Shown here: positions 1 through 9,759 of the stretch, one piece after another
How the letters are laid out: each line of letters starts with the position of its first letter
Position numbering within the stretch: position 1 is the first letter of the stretch
From: an uncultured Actinomycetota bacterium
GTDB taxonomy: Bacteria > Actinomycetota > Actinomycetes > Mycobacteriales > QHCD01
Reading direction: 5' to 3'
DNA length: 64,000 nucleotides
NCBI GenBank assembly: GCA_963828605.1
Contig: CAWHER010000001.1
Span: 152,204-216,203, forward strand
Position numbers and translations under genes: made by a program
The notes under the pieces: generated by a model
What the model was told of the DNA's origin: nothing
Seen by the model: the letters and a program-made list of their open reading frames with translations, nothing else
Database searches by the model: none

Positions 1-1
1 G

Positions 2-2530
2 GTGGTGGACCGCTACCACACGACCGGGCTCGAGCGCGGCTACTTCGCCTCCGAGGCCGACGCGGAGATCTTCGCGCAGGAGCTCACCTGGATGCTGCTG
101 CATCAAGTGTTCAGCTTCAACTCGCCGGTCTGGTTCAACGTCGGGACCACAGCGCCGCAGCAGGTGTCGGCGTGCTTCATCCTCGCTGTCGACGACACGA
201 TGGACTCGATCCTCAACTGGTACCGGGAAGAGGGCCTGATCTTCAAGGGCGGGTCCGGGTCCGGGCTCAACCTCTCCCGCATCCGGTCCAGCAAGGAGCT
301 GCTGTCCTCCGGCGGCACCGCCTCTGGCCCGGTGAGTTTCATGCGCGGCGCGGACGCCTCGGCCGGCACGATCAAGTCCGGCGGCGCGACCCGGCGGGCG
401 GCGAAGATGGTCGTCCTCGACGTGGACCACCCCGACATCGAGGAGTTCATCGAGACCAAGTCGCGCGAGGAGGACAAGATCCGGGCGTTGCGCGACGCCG
501 GCTTCGACATGGACCTCGGTGGTCGCGACATCGCCAGCGTGCAGTACCAGAACGCCAACAACTCGGTGCGGGTCTCCGACGAGTTCATGCGCGCGGTGCA
601 GGACGGCACCGAATTCGGCCTGCGGGGCAGGCTGACCGGCGAGGTCCTGGAGACCATCGACGCACGCACGCTGTTCGGCAAGATGGCCACGGCGGCCTGG
701 GAATGCGCCGACCCCGGTATCCAGTACGACGACACGATCAACGACTGGCACACCAACCCCGAGACCGGCCGGATCACGGCCAGCAACCCGTGCTCGGAGT
801 ACATGAGCCTGGACAACTCATCGTGCAACCTGGCCTCGCTCAACCTGTTGAAGTTCCTGCGCGACGACGGGACGTTCGACTCGGCGACCTTCGTCAAGGC
901 CGTCGAGATCGTCATCACGGCGATGGACATCTCGATCTGCTTCGCCGACTTCCCGACCGAGGCGATCGGCGAGACGACCCGCGCCTACCGGCAGCTCGGC
1001 ATCGGTTACGCCAACCTCGGCGCGCTGCTGATGGCGACCGGGCACGCCTACGACTCCGACGGCGGCCGCTCGCTCGCCGGCGCGATCACGTCGTTGATGA
1101 CCGGCACCGCCTACCGCCGATCGGCCGAGCTCGCCGGCGTCGTCGGCTCCTACGACGGCTACCCGCGCAACGAGTCCGCGCACCGGCGGGTCATGCGCAA
1201 GCACGCCGCCGCCAACGACGAGATCCGGGCGATCGGCGCCGATGACGCGGCGGTGCTCAAGCAGGCGACCGCGGAGTGGCGGCAGTGCCTGAAGATCGGT
1301 GACAAGAACGGGTGGCGCAACGCCCAGGCCTCCGTCCTCGCCCCGACCGGCACCATCGGCCTGATGATGGACTGCGACACCACCGGGGTGGAGCCCGATC
1401 TCGCCCTGGTCAAGTTCAAGAAGCTCGTCGGCGGCGGCTCGATGCAGATCGTCAACCAGACCGTGCCGCGCGCGCTGCGCAGGATGGGCTACCCCGAGGA
1501 ACAGATCGAGGCGATCGTCGAATACATCGCCGAGCACGGGCACGTGGTCGACGCGCCGGGCCTGCGGCCCGAGCACTACGAGGTCTTCGACTGCGCGATG
1601 GGCGAGCGGTCGATCCCGCCGATGGGCCACGTGCGGATGATGGGCGCCGTCCAGCCGTTCATCTCCGGGGCCATCTCCAAGACGGTCAACATGCCCGAGA
1701 CGGCGACGGTGGCCGACATCGAGGGCATCTACGCCGAGGGGTGGCGGCTCGGCATCAAGGCCCTGGCGATCTACCGGGACAACTGCAAGGTCGGCCAGCC
1801 GCTGTCGGACGCGCGGGCGAAGAAGGCCAGTGCCGACCCGCAGATCGTCGAGGTGGCCCGCCCGACCCGGACACGGCTGCCGAAGTCCCGGCCGAGCAAC
1901 ACCACGTCGTTCGCAGTCGGGGGCGCCGAGGGTTACATGACGGCCGGGTCCTATCCCGACGACGGTCTCGGCGAGGTCTTCCTCAAGCTCGGCAAGCAGG
2001 GCTCGACCCTCGCCGGGGTGATGGATGCCTTCTCGATCGCGATCTCGATCGCGCTGCAGTACGGCGTGCCGCTGGAGAGCTACGTCCGCAAGTTCGTCAA
2101 CATGCGGTTCGAGCCGGCCGGGATGACCGACGACCCCGACATCCGCATCGCCCAGTCGGTGGTGGACTACATCTTCCGGCGCCTCGCGCTCGATCACCTG
2201 ACGCTGGAGCAGCGCACCGAGCTCGGCATCTTCACCGCGGCCGAGCGGTCCGCGCAGGTGGCCACGACCTACGGGTCCGGTGGCGACGAGGAGGAGTTCG
2301 ACCACGAGGGCGTCGCGGCGTCGGCGCCGGTGGAGCGGGCCCGCACGTCCGGGACCGACGGCGCGAGCGAGGTGACCGATCGGTCGGTGCACTCCTCGAC
2401 CGAGCTGATCGAGGCGGTCCAGGGCAAGGCCGCCGACGCCCCGCTGTGCCTCACCTGCGGGACGAAAATGCGTCCGGCCGGCTCCTGCTACGTCTGTGAG
2501 GGGTGCGGCTCGACCAGCGGCTGCAGCTGA
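2..2530 (+). CDS. nrdJ: Vitamin B12-dependent (class II) ribonucleotide reductase, 5'-truncated by window edge
   Basis: FNSPVWFN, SACFIL, ASNPCSE active-site motif, APTGTIG, C-terminal TSCPD region and CxxC...CxxC zinc ribbon. Confidence 0.95.
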   Translation: MVDRYHTTGLERGYFASEADAEIFAQELTWMLLHQVFSFNSPVWFNVGTTAPQQVSACFILAVDDTMDSILNWYREEGLIFKGGSGSGLNLSRIRSSKELLSSGGTASGPVSFMRGADASAGTIKSGGATRRAAKMVVLDVDHPDIEEFIETKSREEDKIRALRDAGFDMDLGGRDIASVQYQNANNSVRVSDEFMRAVQDGTEFGLRGRLTGEVLETIDARTLFGKMATAAWECADPGIQYDDTINDWHTNPETGRITASNPCSEYMSLDNSSCNLASLNLLKFLRDDGTFDSATFVKAVEIVITAMDISICFADFPTEAIGETTRAYRQLGIGYANLGALLMATGHAYDSDGGRSLAGAITSLMTGTAYRRSAELAGVVGSYDGYPRNESAHRRVMRKHAAANDEIRAIGADDAAVLKQATAEWRQCLKIGDKNGWRNAQASVLAPTGTIGLMMDCDTTGVEPDLALVKFKKLVGGGSMQIVNQTVPRALRRMGYPEEQIEAIVEYIAEHGHVVDAPGLRPEHYEVFDCAMGERSIPPMGHVRMMGAVQPFISGAISKTVNMPETATVADIEGIYAEGWRLGIKALAIYRDNCKVGQPLSDARAKKASADPQIVEVARPTRTRLPKSRPSNTTSFAVGGAEGYMTAGSYPDDGLGEVFLKLGKQGSTLAGVMDAFSIAISIALQYGVPLESYVRKFVNMRFEPAGMTDDPDIRIAQSVVDYIFRRLALDHLTLEQRTELGIFTAAERSAQVATTYGSGGDEEEFDHEGVAASAPVERARTSGTDGASEVTDRSVHSSTELIEAVQGKAADAPLCLTCGTKMRPAGSCYVCEGCGSTSGCS

Positions 2531-2543
2531 CAGCGCACGTCCA

Positions 2544-2577
2544 GAAGGGGGAACCGGTCCTGGCCGGTTCCCCCTTC
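2544..2577 (+). terminator. Stem-loop after nrdJ, probable intrinsic terminator
   Basis: Perfect 14-bp inverted repeat gaagggggaaccgg / ccggttcccccttc with a 6-nt loop, 13 nt after the stop. Confidence 0.75.
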
Positions 2578-2667
2578 GGCGTGAGTGGGACGGGTGGAGG
2601 GACGTACACCGCGGTACGGGTGTTGGGGCCACTGTGACAGGGGCCGCCAGACGACAGGATCGACCTC

Positions 2668-3813
2668 ATGATCGACATGAGGAGACAATTGATGCCCAAG
2701 GCCCGCACGATGTGCTACGCCCTGGCCGGGGCAACCGTCCTGGCCGCCACCTTCCCCACGGCGCCCGCTGACGCGCAACCGCCGGCGCCGCGGCAGGAGT
2801 CGGTGCAGACGGCGGTGAACACGCTGCTGGCCGACGGGCAGCCGGGCGTCATCGTCATGATGCGCCGCGGAAATCGGATCTCGCACGTCACGGCCGGTGT
2901 CGCCGATCGCGCGACCGGTGCGCCGATGAACGCGCGGCTGCAGATCCGGATCGCCAGCGTGACCAAGTCCTTCACCGCCACGGTGCTCTTGCAACTCGTC
3001 GCCGAGCACCGGGTATCGCTCGAGGACAGCGTGGACAAGTGGCTGCCGGGACTGGTGCACGGCAACGGAAACGACGGCTCGAGGATCACGATCCGGCAGC
3101 TGCTCCAGCACACCAGCGGCCTCAACGAATACGTCCAGGACCCGCGGCTACTCGTCGACCCGCGCCGCCAGTGGACGCCGGCGGAGTTGGTCGGCATCGC
3201 GATGGAGAAGCCTCCGCTGAGCGCTCCGGGCACGGAGTGGAACTACGCGGACACCAACTACCTCCTGGCCGGGATGGTCATCGAGCGGGTGACCCACCAC
3301 AGCCCGGCCGCGGAGATCGAGCGGCGGATCATCGGGCCGCTGCGGCTGCGGAACACCTCGTTCCCGCTCCGCAGCCGCGCCTTCCCCGGGCCCTACGTGC
3401 ACGGGTACTGGGGCGACTACGGCGACGTGAGTACCGCGATCAGCCCGTCCATCGCGTGGACCGCGGGCGCCATGATCTCCACGGTCGACGACGTCGCCCG
3501 CTTCCACCGGGCGCTGTTCACCGGGCGGCTGCTGCCCGCGGCCGAGCAGCGGATGCTGACCTCGACCCGGCCGGTGACCGACGACGGTCAGCAGGAGGAC
3601 TACGGCCTCGGCGTCTACCGGGTGCGCCTCTCCTGCGGGTACGCGTGGGGTCACGACGGCGGCTTCCCCGGTTACCGCACCTGGACCTACACCAGCGCCG
3701 ACGGCAGACGCCAGGCGGTGATCGCCTACAACCAGTCGTCGGCCGCCCTGGAGCACCAGCCGAAATTCCACTCCGACCTCGCCCGCACGGCCGACCTGAT
3801 CTTTTGCGGCTGA
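2668..3813 (+). CDS. Secreted serine hydrolase (D-Ala-D-Ala carboxypeptidase / beta-lactamase class C-like); start uncertain
   Basis: Signal peptide ending ADA, SxxK (SVTK), LLQHTSGL, YADTNY, WGHDGG motifs. Confidence 0.9.
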   Translation: MIDMRRQLMPKARTMCYALAGATVLAATFPTAPADAQPPAPRQESVQTAVNTLLADGQPGVIVMMRRGNRISHVTAGVADRATGAPMNARLQIRIASVTKSFTATVLLQLVAEHRVSLEDSVDKWLPGLVHGNGNDGSRITIRQLLQHTSGLNEYVQDPRLLVDPRRQWTPAELVGIAMEKPPLSAPGTEWNYADTNYLLAGMVIERVTHHSPAAEIERRIIGPLRLRNTSFPLRSRAFPGPYVHGYWGDYGDVSTAISPSIAWTAGAMISTVDDVARFHRALFTGRLLPAAEQRMLTSTRPVTDDGQQEDYGLGVYRVRLSCGYAWGHDGGFPGYRTWTYTSADGRRQAVIAYNQSSAALEHQPKFHSDLARTADLIFCG

Positions 3814-3843
3814 GGGTGCCTGCCGGGTCGGGCGGAGGATGCG

Positions 3844-3887
3844 GACCCCCCGCCCGACCGGGGGGTCACCGTGAGGTTTACCTCACG
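3844..3887. terminator. Two adjacent hairpins between convergent genes
   Basis: gaccccccg/cggggggtc (3844-3867) and cgtgaggt/acctcacg (3870-3887). Confidence 0.5.
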
Positions 3888-3922
3888 ACCTCGGCAACCT
3901 CGAGTAGAGGTTCACGGTCGCG

Positions 3923-4213
3923 CTACCGCTCGTCCACGATCTCGGCCGACTCCGACGTGAAGTCGCGGGTGAGGGCGAATGCCGCCGGTGCCTCGGCCAG
4001 GCCGTGGGCACCGGCGAGTGCCCGGTCCATGCTCGCCGCCGACTCCCAGCGCCAGACGTCGATCCAGGTGCCGTCGTCGACCCGGGTGAGGCGCGCCTCG
4101 GTGAGGCCCGGGTACGTCGCCCGGACCGCCGAGATCAGGGCGGCCCGGGTGCTCAGCATCTCTTCGGCGTCGGTGGGCTCGACCTGGAAGCGGGCGAATC
4201 TCGTGATGGCCAT
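3923..4213 (-). CDS. Small ABM-like (dimeric alpha+beta barrel) protein
   Basis: MAITRFARFQV...WIDVWRWES pattern; gaggt RBS upstream; divergent from TetR. Confidence 0.7.
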   Translation of the reverse strand: MAITRFARFQVEPTDAEEMLSTRAALISAVRATYPGLTEARLTRVDDGTWIDVWRWESAASMDRALAGAHGLAEAPAAFALTRDFTSESAEIVDER

Positions 4214-4229
4214 GTCGTCGTACCTCTCG

Positions 4230-4259
4230 CTAGAGTTACTCACTAGTGGACGACTCTAG
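4230..4259. promoter_or_regulatory. Probable TetR operator
   Basis: ctagagt-N4-cactagtg-N4-actctag: outer inverted repeat and inner palindrome share one centre, in the divergent intergenic region. Confidence 0.6.
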
Positions 4260-4274
4260 AGATAAACTAAAGCC

Positions 4275-4940
4275 ATGACGGATGTCAAGCAGACCGGGAA
4301 GCGGGCCCGGCGGGCGCAGGAGACGCGCCGGCGGATGGTGGACGCGGCCCACGCGTTGTTCGTCGAGCAGGGGTACGGCGCCACGTTGCTGCCGGAGGTC
4401 GCGGCCCGGGCCGGCGTAGCGGTCCAGACGATCTACTTCACGTTCGGGAACAAACGGTCCCTGCTGAAGGAGGTCGTCGACGTGGCGATCGCCGGCGACC
4501 TTGAGCCGGTGGCCACGATGGATCGCGCGTGGTTCCGCGCCGTGGTCGAGGCCGACACCGTCGAGACCGGCCTGCGCGCCCTGGTCGCGGGCACGAAGGA
4601 GGTGCTGGTCCGGGCCGCACCGATCACCAAGGTCCTCGAGGCGGCCGTCGCCGCCGATCCGGAGGTCGGCGAGATCTGGCCGCGCTCGGAGAATCCCCGG
4701 TTGACGGTGCAGACCGCCGCCGCGAAGGCCCTGGTGTCGATGTCCGGGCTCGCCGCGGGACTGACCCTGAGACAGACCACCGACGCGCTCTACGGGCTGC
4801 TGAGTCCCGAACTCTTCCTGGTCATGGTGCAGGAACGCCGATGGTCACCCGAGCGCTGGGAACGGTGGGTGTTCGCGCTGCTGCGCTCCCAGCTTTGCGC
4901 GCCGGCTGCGGCAGGCCACCGCGTCGGCTCGGTAGCGTGA
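4275..4940 (+). CDS. TetR/AcrR family transcriptional regulator
   Basis: N-terminal HTH (VAARAGVAVQTIYFTFGNK); TAAACT-N6-ATG leaderless architecture. Confidence 0.92.
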   Translation: MTDVKQTGKRARRAQETRRRMVDAAHALFVEQGYGATLLPEVAARAGVAVQTIYFTFGNKRSLLKEVVDVAIAGDLEPVATMDRAWFRAVVEADTVETGLRALVAGTKEVLVRAAPITKVLEAAVAADPEVGEIWPRSENPRLTVQTAAAKALVSMSGLAAGLTLRQTTDALYGLLSPELFLVMVQERRWSPERWERWVFALLRSQLCAPAAAGHRVGSVA

Positions 4941-4968
4941 CGGCCGATACCGACGCGAGGAGGAGCCG

Positions 4969-5988
4969 ATGGTCGACGACGAGGGCGGGGTGCCGATCCG
5001 GTGGGCGATCCTCGGCACGGCCAACATCGCCGCCCGGTCCTTCGTGCCCGGCCTCGCCGCCGCCGGTGGCGGAGCCGCCGAAATCGTCGCGGGCCGCGAT
5101 CCGGACCGGACCGACGCATTCGCGCGACGGCACGGGGTGCGGCGTACCGCCGCGGACTACCGCGCGGCGATCGACGATCCGGCCGTGGACGCGGTCTACA
5201 TCCCGCTGCCCAACGCGCTGCACGCTCAGTGGACGGTCGCGGCGTTGCAGGCGGGGAAGGCGGTGTTCTGCGAGAAGCCGATGTGCGACGACGCCGGGCA
5301 GACCGCGGAGGTGCTCGGCGTCGCCGCCGCTGCCGGGCGCCCACTGTGGGAGGCGTTCGTCTTTCCGTTCCAGGAGCAGACCGCCAGGGTGCGCGGGCTG
5401 CTCGCCGACGGCGCCATCGGGGAGGTTCGCGAGATCCACTCGACGTTCCATTTCGCGCTCAGCAACCCGAACGACATCCGGCTCTCCGCGCAGCTGTCCG
5501 GCGGCGCGCTCGCCGACATCGGGTGCTACCCGGTGCGCTGGGCCAGGTTGGTCTTCGACGCGGAGCCGGAATCCGCGCAGGCATCACAGGTGCTCACCGG
5601 CTCCGGTGTCGACGCCGAGACCTGGGGTTCGCTGGACTTCCCCGGCGGACGACGGCTGCTGTTCTCCTGCAGCATCACCAAGGCCCGCGACACGACGGCC
5701 AGGGTCCTCGGCACCACCGGAGAACTCCGCCTGAGCAGCCCGTTCCACGGCGGTGTCACCGACACCCTGCAGCTCCGCCGGCCCGACGGCACCATCGTCA
5801 TCGAGCGGTCCGGGAGCGCCGAACCACCTTTCACGGCGGCGATCCGGCACATTCATTCCGTGCTGCGCGGGCAGGAGGTGCCCCGCCACCTCGCCGTCGA
5901 CGACGCCTTCGGCAACGCCGCGGCACTCGATGCCATCCGCGCCAGCGCCGCGCGGGCGGGGGTGTCGGTCAGGTCACCCGGATCTTGA
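4969..5988 (+). CDS. Gfo/Idh/MocA family oxidoreductase
   Basis: WAILGTANIA, VYIPLPNALH, CEKP, GGALADIGCY motifs. Confidence 0.92.
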   Translation: MVDDEGGVPIRWAILGTANIAARSFVPGLAAAGGGAAEIVAGRDPDRTDAFARRHGVRRTAADYRAAIDDPAVDAVYIPLPNALHAQWTVAALQAGKAVFCEKPMCDDAGQTAEVLGVAAAAGRPLWEAFVFPFQEQTARVRGLLADGAIGEVREIHSTFHFALSNPNDIRLSAQLSGGALADIGCYPVRWARLVFDAEPESAQASQVLTGSGVDAETWGSLDFPGGRRLLFSCSITKARDTTARVLGTTGELRLSSPFHGGVTDTLQLRRPDGTIVIERSGSAEPPFTAAIRHIHSVLRGQEVPRHLAVDDAFGNAAALDAIRASAARAGVSVRSPGS

Positions 5989-6310
5989 GTTCGGGCAGGC
6001 CGACCGCGTCGCAGGTCTCGTTGACCACGCGGGCGTCGTCGGTGAATCCCTCGCGGCTGTCGAGGTCGGGCTGCTCGTCCCGGTTGAGCACGAAGTAGTC
6101 GACCGCGCCGCGGACCGCCACCCGGCCCCGGGCATCGAAGTCGTCCGCGGCCTCGATGAGGGACAGCAGCGCGTCGGCGATCCTCGCCGCGGCACCGAGA
6201 TCGAGCTGGTCGTTGTCCAGCGCCTCGCGGACCAGTTCCTCGAGATGGCGGATGACCTTCTGCCGGAGGTCGCGTACGCCGAGCGCCGGGACGGCGGAGG
6301 GATCGGTCAT
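5969..6310 (-). CDS. Small YkvA/DUF1232-like protein
   Basis: C-terminal part of ORF 5969..7288; AVDYFVLNRDEQPD...GFTDDARVV resembles the YkvA Y..P.D..PD...G..DD motif. Confidence 0.6.
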   Translation of the reverse strand: MTDPSAVPALGVRDLRQKVIRHLEELVREALDNDQLDLGAAARIADALLSLIEAADDFDARGRVAVRGAVDYFVLNRDEQPDLDSREGFTDDARVVNETCDAVGLPELKIRVT

Positions 6311-6502
6311 GGTCGCAGCATCGCACGTGCCCGCGCGGAGGCTGCCGGGCAGGTGCCGGCAGCGCACCGCTGCGGGGCGCAAACCTCCAGGCTGGCGTTC
6401 CGGGCACGTGATCGGCAACCGGCCGTCCACACCCGCAGGGCCGGTCCACAGGCGGCTCGGTGCCACTGGCCGGGCACCGTGGTACGGAGCAGCGTCACCG
6501 CC

Positions 6503-7549
6503 ATGACAGCTGCCGACACTCCGACGACGGATCCGCTCCGGATCCGGGTGACCGGGCCCCGCGACCTGATCGACCTCGTGCCCTACCTGGTCGGGTTCCG
6601 GCCGACCGAGAGCCTGGTGCTGGTGTCCATGACCGGGCGGCGGCGGCGGGTGGGCCTCACCCTCCGGGTCGACCTCGACGGCCTGCGGGCCGGGTCCGAG
6701 GTCCTCGGGACCTGTGTGAGCCATCTGATCCGGGCCGGTGCGGCCAGCGCGATGCTGCTCGTCTACCGCGATGTGACCGGCCCCGACGACCCCGGAGCAC
6801 CCCGGTCGTGCGCCACCGCGGCGGTGCTGCCGGAGCACGACCTGGTCGACCGCGCGGTGCAGGCGATCCATGCCCGCGGCGTCCACGTCGACGAGGCACT
6901 GCTCGTCACCGGCGATCGCTGGTGGTCCTACCTGTGCCGCAGTCCGGCGTGCTGCCCGCCGCAGGGCAGCCCGATCCCGCGGTCCGACCGACCCTCGGCG
7001 GTCGTCACCGCGGCGACCGTGGCCGGCCTGGTGGCGGCGCCGGACCGGCGGAGCCTTGAGCGGTCCGTCGATCCGGCACCGGCGGCTGACCGCGCGGCCG
7101 TCGCCCGGCTGGTCGCCGACGCGCAGGTCCGGGCCGACCGGAGCGGCCCGACCGCGGACGTCCGGATGCGCGTCGTCGCCGACGTGGCCGCCGCAGTCGC
7201 CGGCGGGCGACGTGGCCAGGCCCCGCCGGACGACGCCGCGGTGGCCGGTCTGCTCGTCGCGCTGCGCGACGTCGCGATCCGCGACCACTGCTGCCGCTAC
7301 GCGTCAGGACCCGACTCGGCGGCGATGCAGTCCCTGGCCGGACACATCGCCCGGCTGGCCACGGCCCCCTACGATGTCGCGCCCTACACGGTTCTCGCCT
7401 TCTGCGCCTGGCGGGAGGGCAACGGTGCGCTGTCCCGGATCGCCGTCGAGCGGGCGCTCCGCAGCGACCCGGGCTACTCCATGGGGCTGCTGCTGCAGCA
7501 GGCGTTGGACCACGGGATCGACCCCTCCACCTGGCGTGATCCGCGATGA
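6503..7549 (+). CDS. DUF4192 domain protein
   Basis: P.DL...VPYLVGFRPTESLVLV, RWWSYLC...CCP..G, AW..GNGAL..A..RAL..DPGYS motifs. Confidence 0.88.
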   Translation: MTAADTPTTDPLRIRVTGPRDLIDLVPYLVGFRPTESLVLVSMTGRRRRVGLTLRVDLDGLRAGSEVLGTCVSHLIRAGAASAMLLVYRDVTGPDDPGAPRSCATAAVLPEHDLVDRAVQAIHARGVHVDEALLVTGDRWWSYLCRSPACCPPQGSPIPRSDRPSAVVTAATVAGLVAAPDRRSLERSVDPAPAADRAAVARLVADAQVRADRSGPTADVRMRVVADVAAAVAGGRRGQAPPDDAAVAGLLVALRDVAIRDHCCRYASGPDSAAMQSLAGHIARLATAPYDVAPYTVLAFCAWREGNGALSRIAVERALRSDPGYSMGLLLQQALDHGIDPSTWRDPR

Positions 7550-7566
7550 ACCACCGCGGCGTCGCG

Positions 7567-9642
7567 TCAGACCAGGTCCGGCTGCCGCCACGGCTCACCG
7601 AGGACGTGCTGCGCCAGGAATGCCCGCACGGTCTCGTACCAGACCGTGGCGTTGCCGGGCGTCAGCACCCAGTGGTTCTCGTCCGGGAAGTAGAGGAACG
7701 ACGCGTCCACCTCGTGCCGGACGAGGTCGTACCAGAGCTTCAGTCCCTCGCCGATCGGCACCCGGTAGTCCTTGTCCCCATGGACGACGAGCATCGGCGT
7801 GCGCACGTCGCGCACGAACTGGTGCGGGGAGTTGGCGTCGTAGCGTTCCCGGGTCTCGAGAGGATCGCCGAACTCCCGTTGCCAGTACCACGACACGTCG
7901 GTGGTGCCGGAGAATCCCTCGAGATCCCAGAGGCTGGCATGGGTGACGATCGCCTTGAACCGGTCGGTATGCGTCGCGACCCAGTTGGCCATGTATCCGC
8001 CGAAGGAACCGCCCATCGCGGCGGTACGCGTGTCGTCGATGTCTTCGCGTTTGCAGGTGGCGTCGGTGATCGCCATCAGGTCGGTGAACGGCCGGTCGCC
8101 CCAGGCCCCCCAGCCGCGGCGGATGAAGTCTTGGCCGTAGCCGGTGGACAGGGCCGGGTCGGGAAGCAGGACGGCGTAGCCCTGCGAGGCCAGCAACCAC
8201 GGGTTCCACCGCCAGGACCAGGCGTTCCAGCTCGACAGCGGGCCGCCGTGTATCCAGAGGAGCAGCGGCGCCGGGTTGGCCGCGCCGGCGCCGTCGGGCA
8301 GCACCAACCAGGCCCGCAGGGGGGTGTCGTCGTCGGCCCGCGCGGTCACCTCGGTGACCGTGCCGGGCAGGGTGCCGACGGCGCCCGGGCTCGGCAGCAG
8401 GACGCCGTCCTGGTCGGGCGTTCCCGGCTCCAGCCGGACCGGGGTGGCCGGCAGGTCGTAGCGGGTGAGCATGGCGTAGAGGTGCGCCCCGTCCCGCGAG
8501 ACGACCAGATCGCTGTGCGCGCCCTGCGCGGTCAGCCGGGTGACGTCGCCGCCGGCCAGGTCGAGCCGGAAGACCGGGGCGTGGCCGGCCTCGTCGGCGA
8601 CGAAGAACACCGCCGACCCGTCCGCCGAGAACGTCGGGTGCGCGGGCCACCCCGGGAAGGACGGCGCGGGATCGTGACCCTCACCGGTCGCCACGTCGAC
8701 CAGCCACAACGAGGTCGTCGGCGCCTCGTCCCAAGTCGGCTGGGTGTCCCGGACGCAGATCAGGGTCGCGCCGTCCGGGCTGAAGGACGGCTGGCCGAGC
8801 TCGGCCGCCTCGTCGGCCACGACCGCGCGGCGTTCCCCGGTCGTCCGGTCCACGATCACGATCGTCGGGCGGCGCGTGGCCGCCCGGTCGTCGACCTCCC
8901 AGCCGTAGGCGACGAGGGTCCCGTCCGGGCTCACCGCGATTCCCCCGGTGACCCGACCCTCGGGCGTCGGCGTCAGGTCGCGCGCCTCACCGAGTCGTTC
9001 GTCGGTCCCCACTCCGGCGGGCGGGAGCGCGCCGGCGGCGAACACCCGGGTCTCGGCCGGGCCGAGGTCGTGGTCCCAGAAGCGGACCGGATAGCTGCGG
9101 TGCAGGATCGCCGACACACCGGCGTCCTTGCGGGCCGTGCGCTTTTTCTTGTCCTCGTCCTCGCTGGTGGCCCCGGGGAGGACCTCGGCGGTCAGCACGA
9201 TGTCGCCGGAGTCCCGGGCGACCGCGACCGAGCCGATCCCGCCGGGGCGGCCGGCGACCTGGCGGGCCTCACCCGCACTCTCGGGGAGCAGCCATAGGGC
9301 GGGGTGGTCGGTGTCGGGGTCGTCGGCCTGCGGGTCGGGGCGCTTGGAGGTGAAGAGCAGCCGGCCGTCCGGCAGGAACACCGGCTGCGACTCGCCGGGC
9401 GCGGACCGGGTCAGCCGGCGCGGCTGCCGCGTTCCCTGCGGGTCGATCTCCCACAGCGCCGTGACGTACTTCTTCTTCTCGGCGTTGAGGGTGGTCACGC
9501 TGGTCACCAGCCGGGTGCCGTCCGGTGAGAGCGCGAGCCCACCCAATCGGGGGAGCGCAACGTAGTCCGCGAGGTCGGTGAAGGCATGCGTGCCCCGGTC
9601 GGCGGAGGGGGCAGAGTCGGTCGGCTGCGCGGGCACGGTCAC
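7567..9642 (-). CDS. S9 family (prolyl oligopeptidase/acylaminoacyl) peptidase
   Basis: Beta-propeller SPDG repeats, IHGGP, GGSFGG nucleophile, HGDKDYRV, FPDENH. Confidence 0.93.
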   Translation of the reverse strand: MTVPAQPTDSAPSADRGTHAFTDLADYVALPRLGGLALSPDGTRLVTSVTTLNAEKKKYVTALWEIDPQGTRQPRRLTRSAPGESQPVFLPDGRLLFTSKRPDPQADDPDTDHPALWLLPESAGEARQVAGRPGGIGSVAVARDSGDIVLTAEVLPGATSEDEDKKKRTARKDAGVSAILHRSYPVRFWDHDLGPAETRVFAAGALPPAGVGTDERLGEARDLTPTPEGRVTGGIAVSPDGTLVAYGWEVDDRAATRRPTIVIVDRTTGERRAVVADEAAELGQPSFSPDGATLICVRDTQPTWDEAPTTSLWLVDVATGEGHDPAPSFPGWPAHPTFSADGSAVFFVADEAGHAPVFRLDLAGGDVTRLTAQGAHSDLVVSRDGAHLYAMLTRYDLPATPVRLEPGTPDQDGVLLPSPGAVGTLPGTVTEVTARADDDTPLRAWLVLPDGAGAANPAPLLLWIHGGPLSSWNAWSWRWNPWLLASQGYAVLLPDPALSTGYGQDFIRRGWGAWGDRPFTDLMAITDATCKREDIDDTRTAAMGGSFGGYMANWVATHTDRFKAIVTHASLWDLEGFSGTTDVSWYWQREFGDPLETRERYDANSPHQFVRDVRTPMLVVHGDKDYRVPIGEGLKLWYDLVRHEVDASFLYFPDENHWVLTPGNATVWYETVRAFLAQHVLGEPWRQPDLV

Positions 9643-9694
9643 TCCTCGGTTATGACGCCACTACGCGACACCGTACTGACCGGCGGCCCGCGGC

Positions 9695-9750
9695 CGCACC
9701 GGACATCCGCACCGGACATCCGCACCGGACATCCGCGACGGACATCCGCG
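9695..9750. repeat. 13-bp tandem repeat x4
   Basis: cgcaccggacatc x3 plus cgcgacggacatc, just downstream of the ideR stop. Confidence 0.9.
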
Positions 9751-9759
9751 CCGGGGGAG

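Noticed and set aside
2-2530. Intein or intron in nrdJ
   Set aside because: The reading frame is continuous with no extra insertion, splice motifs or homing-endonuclease signature in the visible part.
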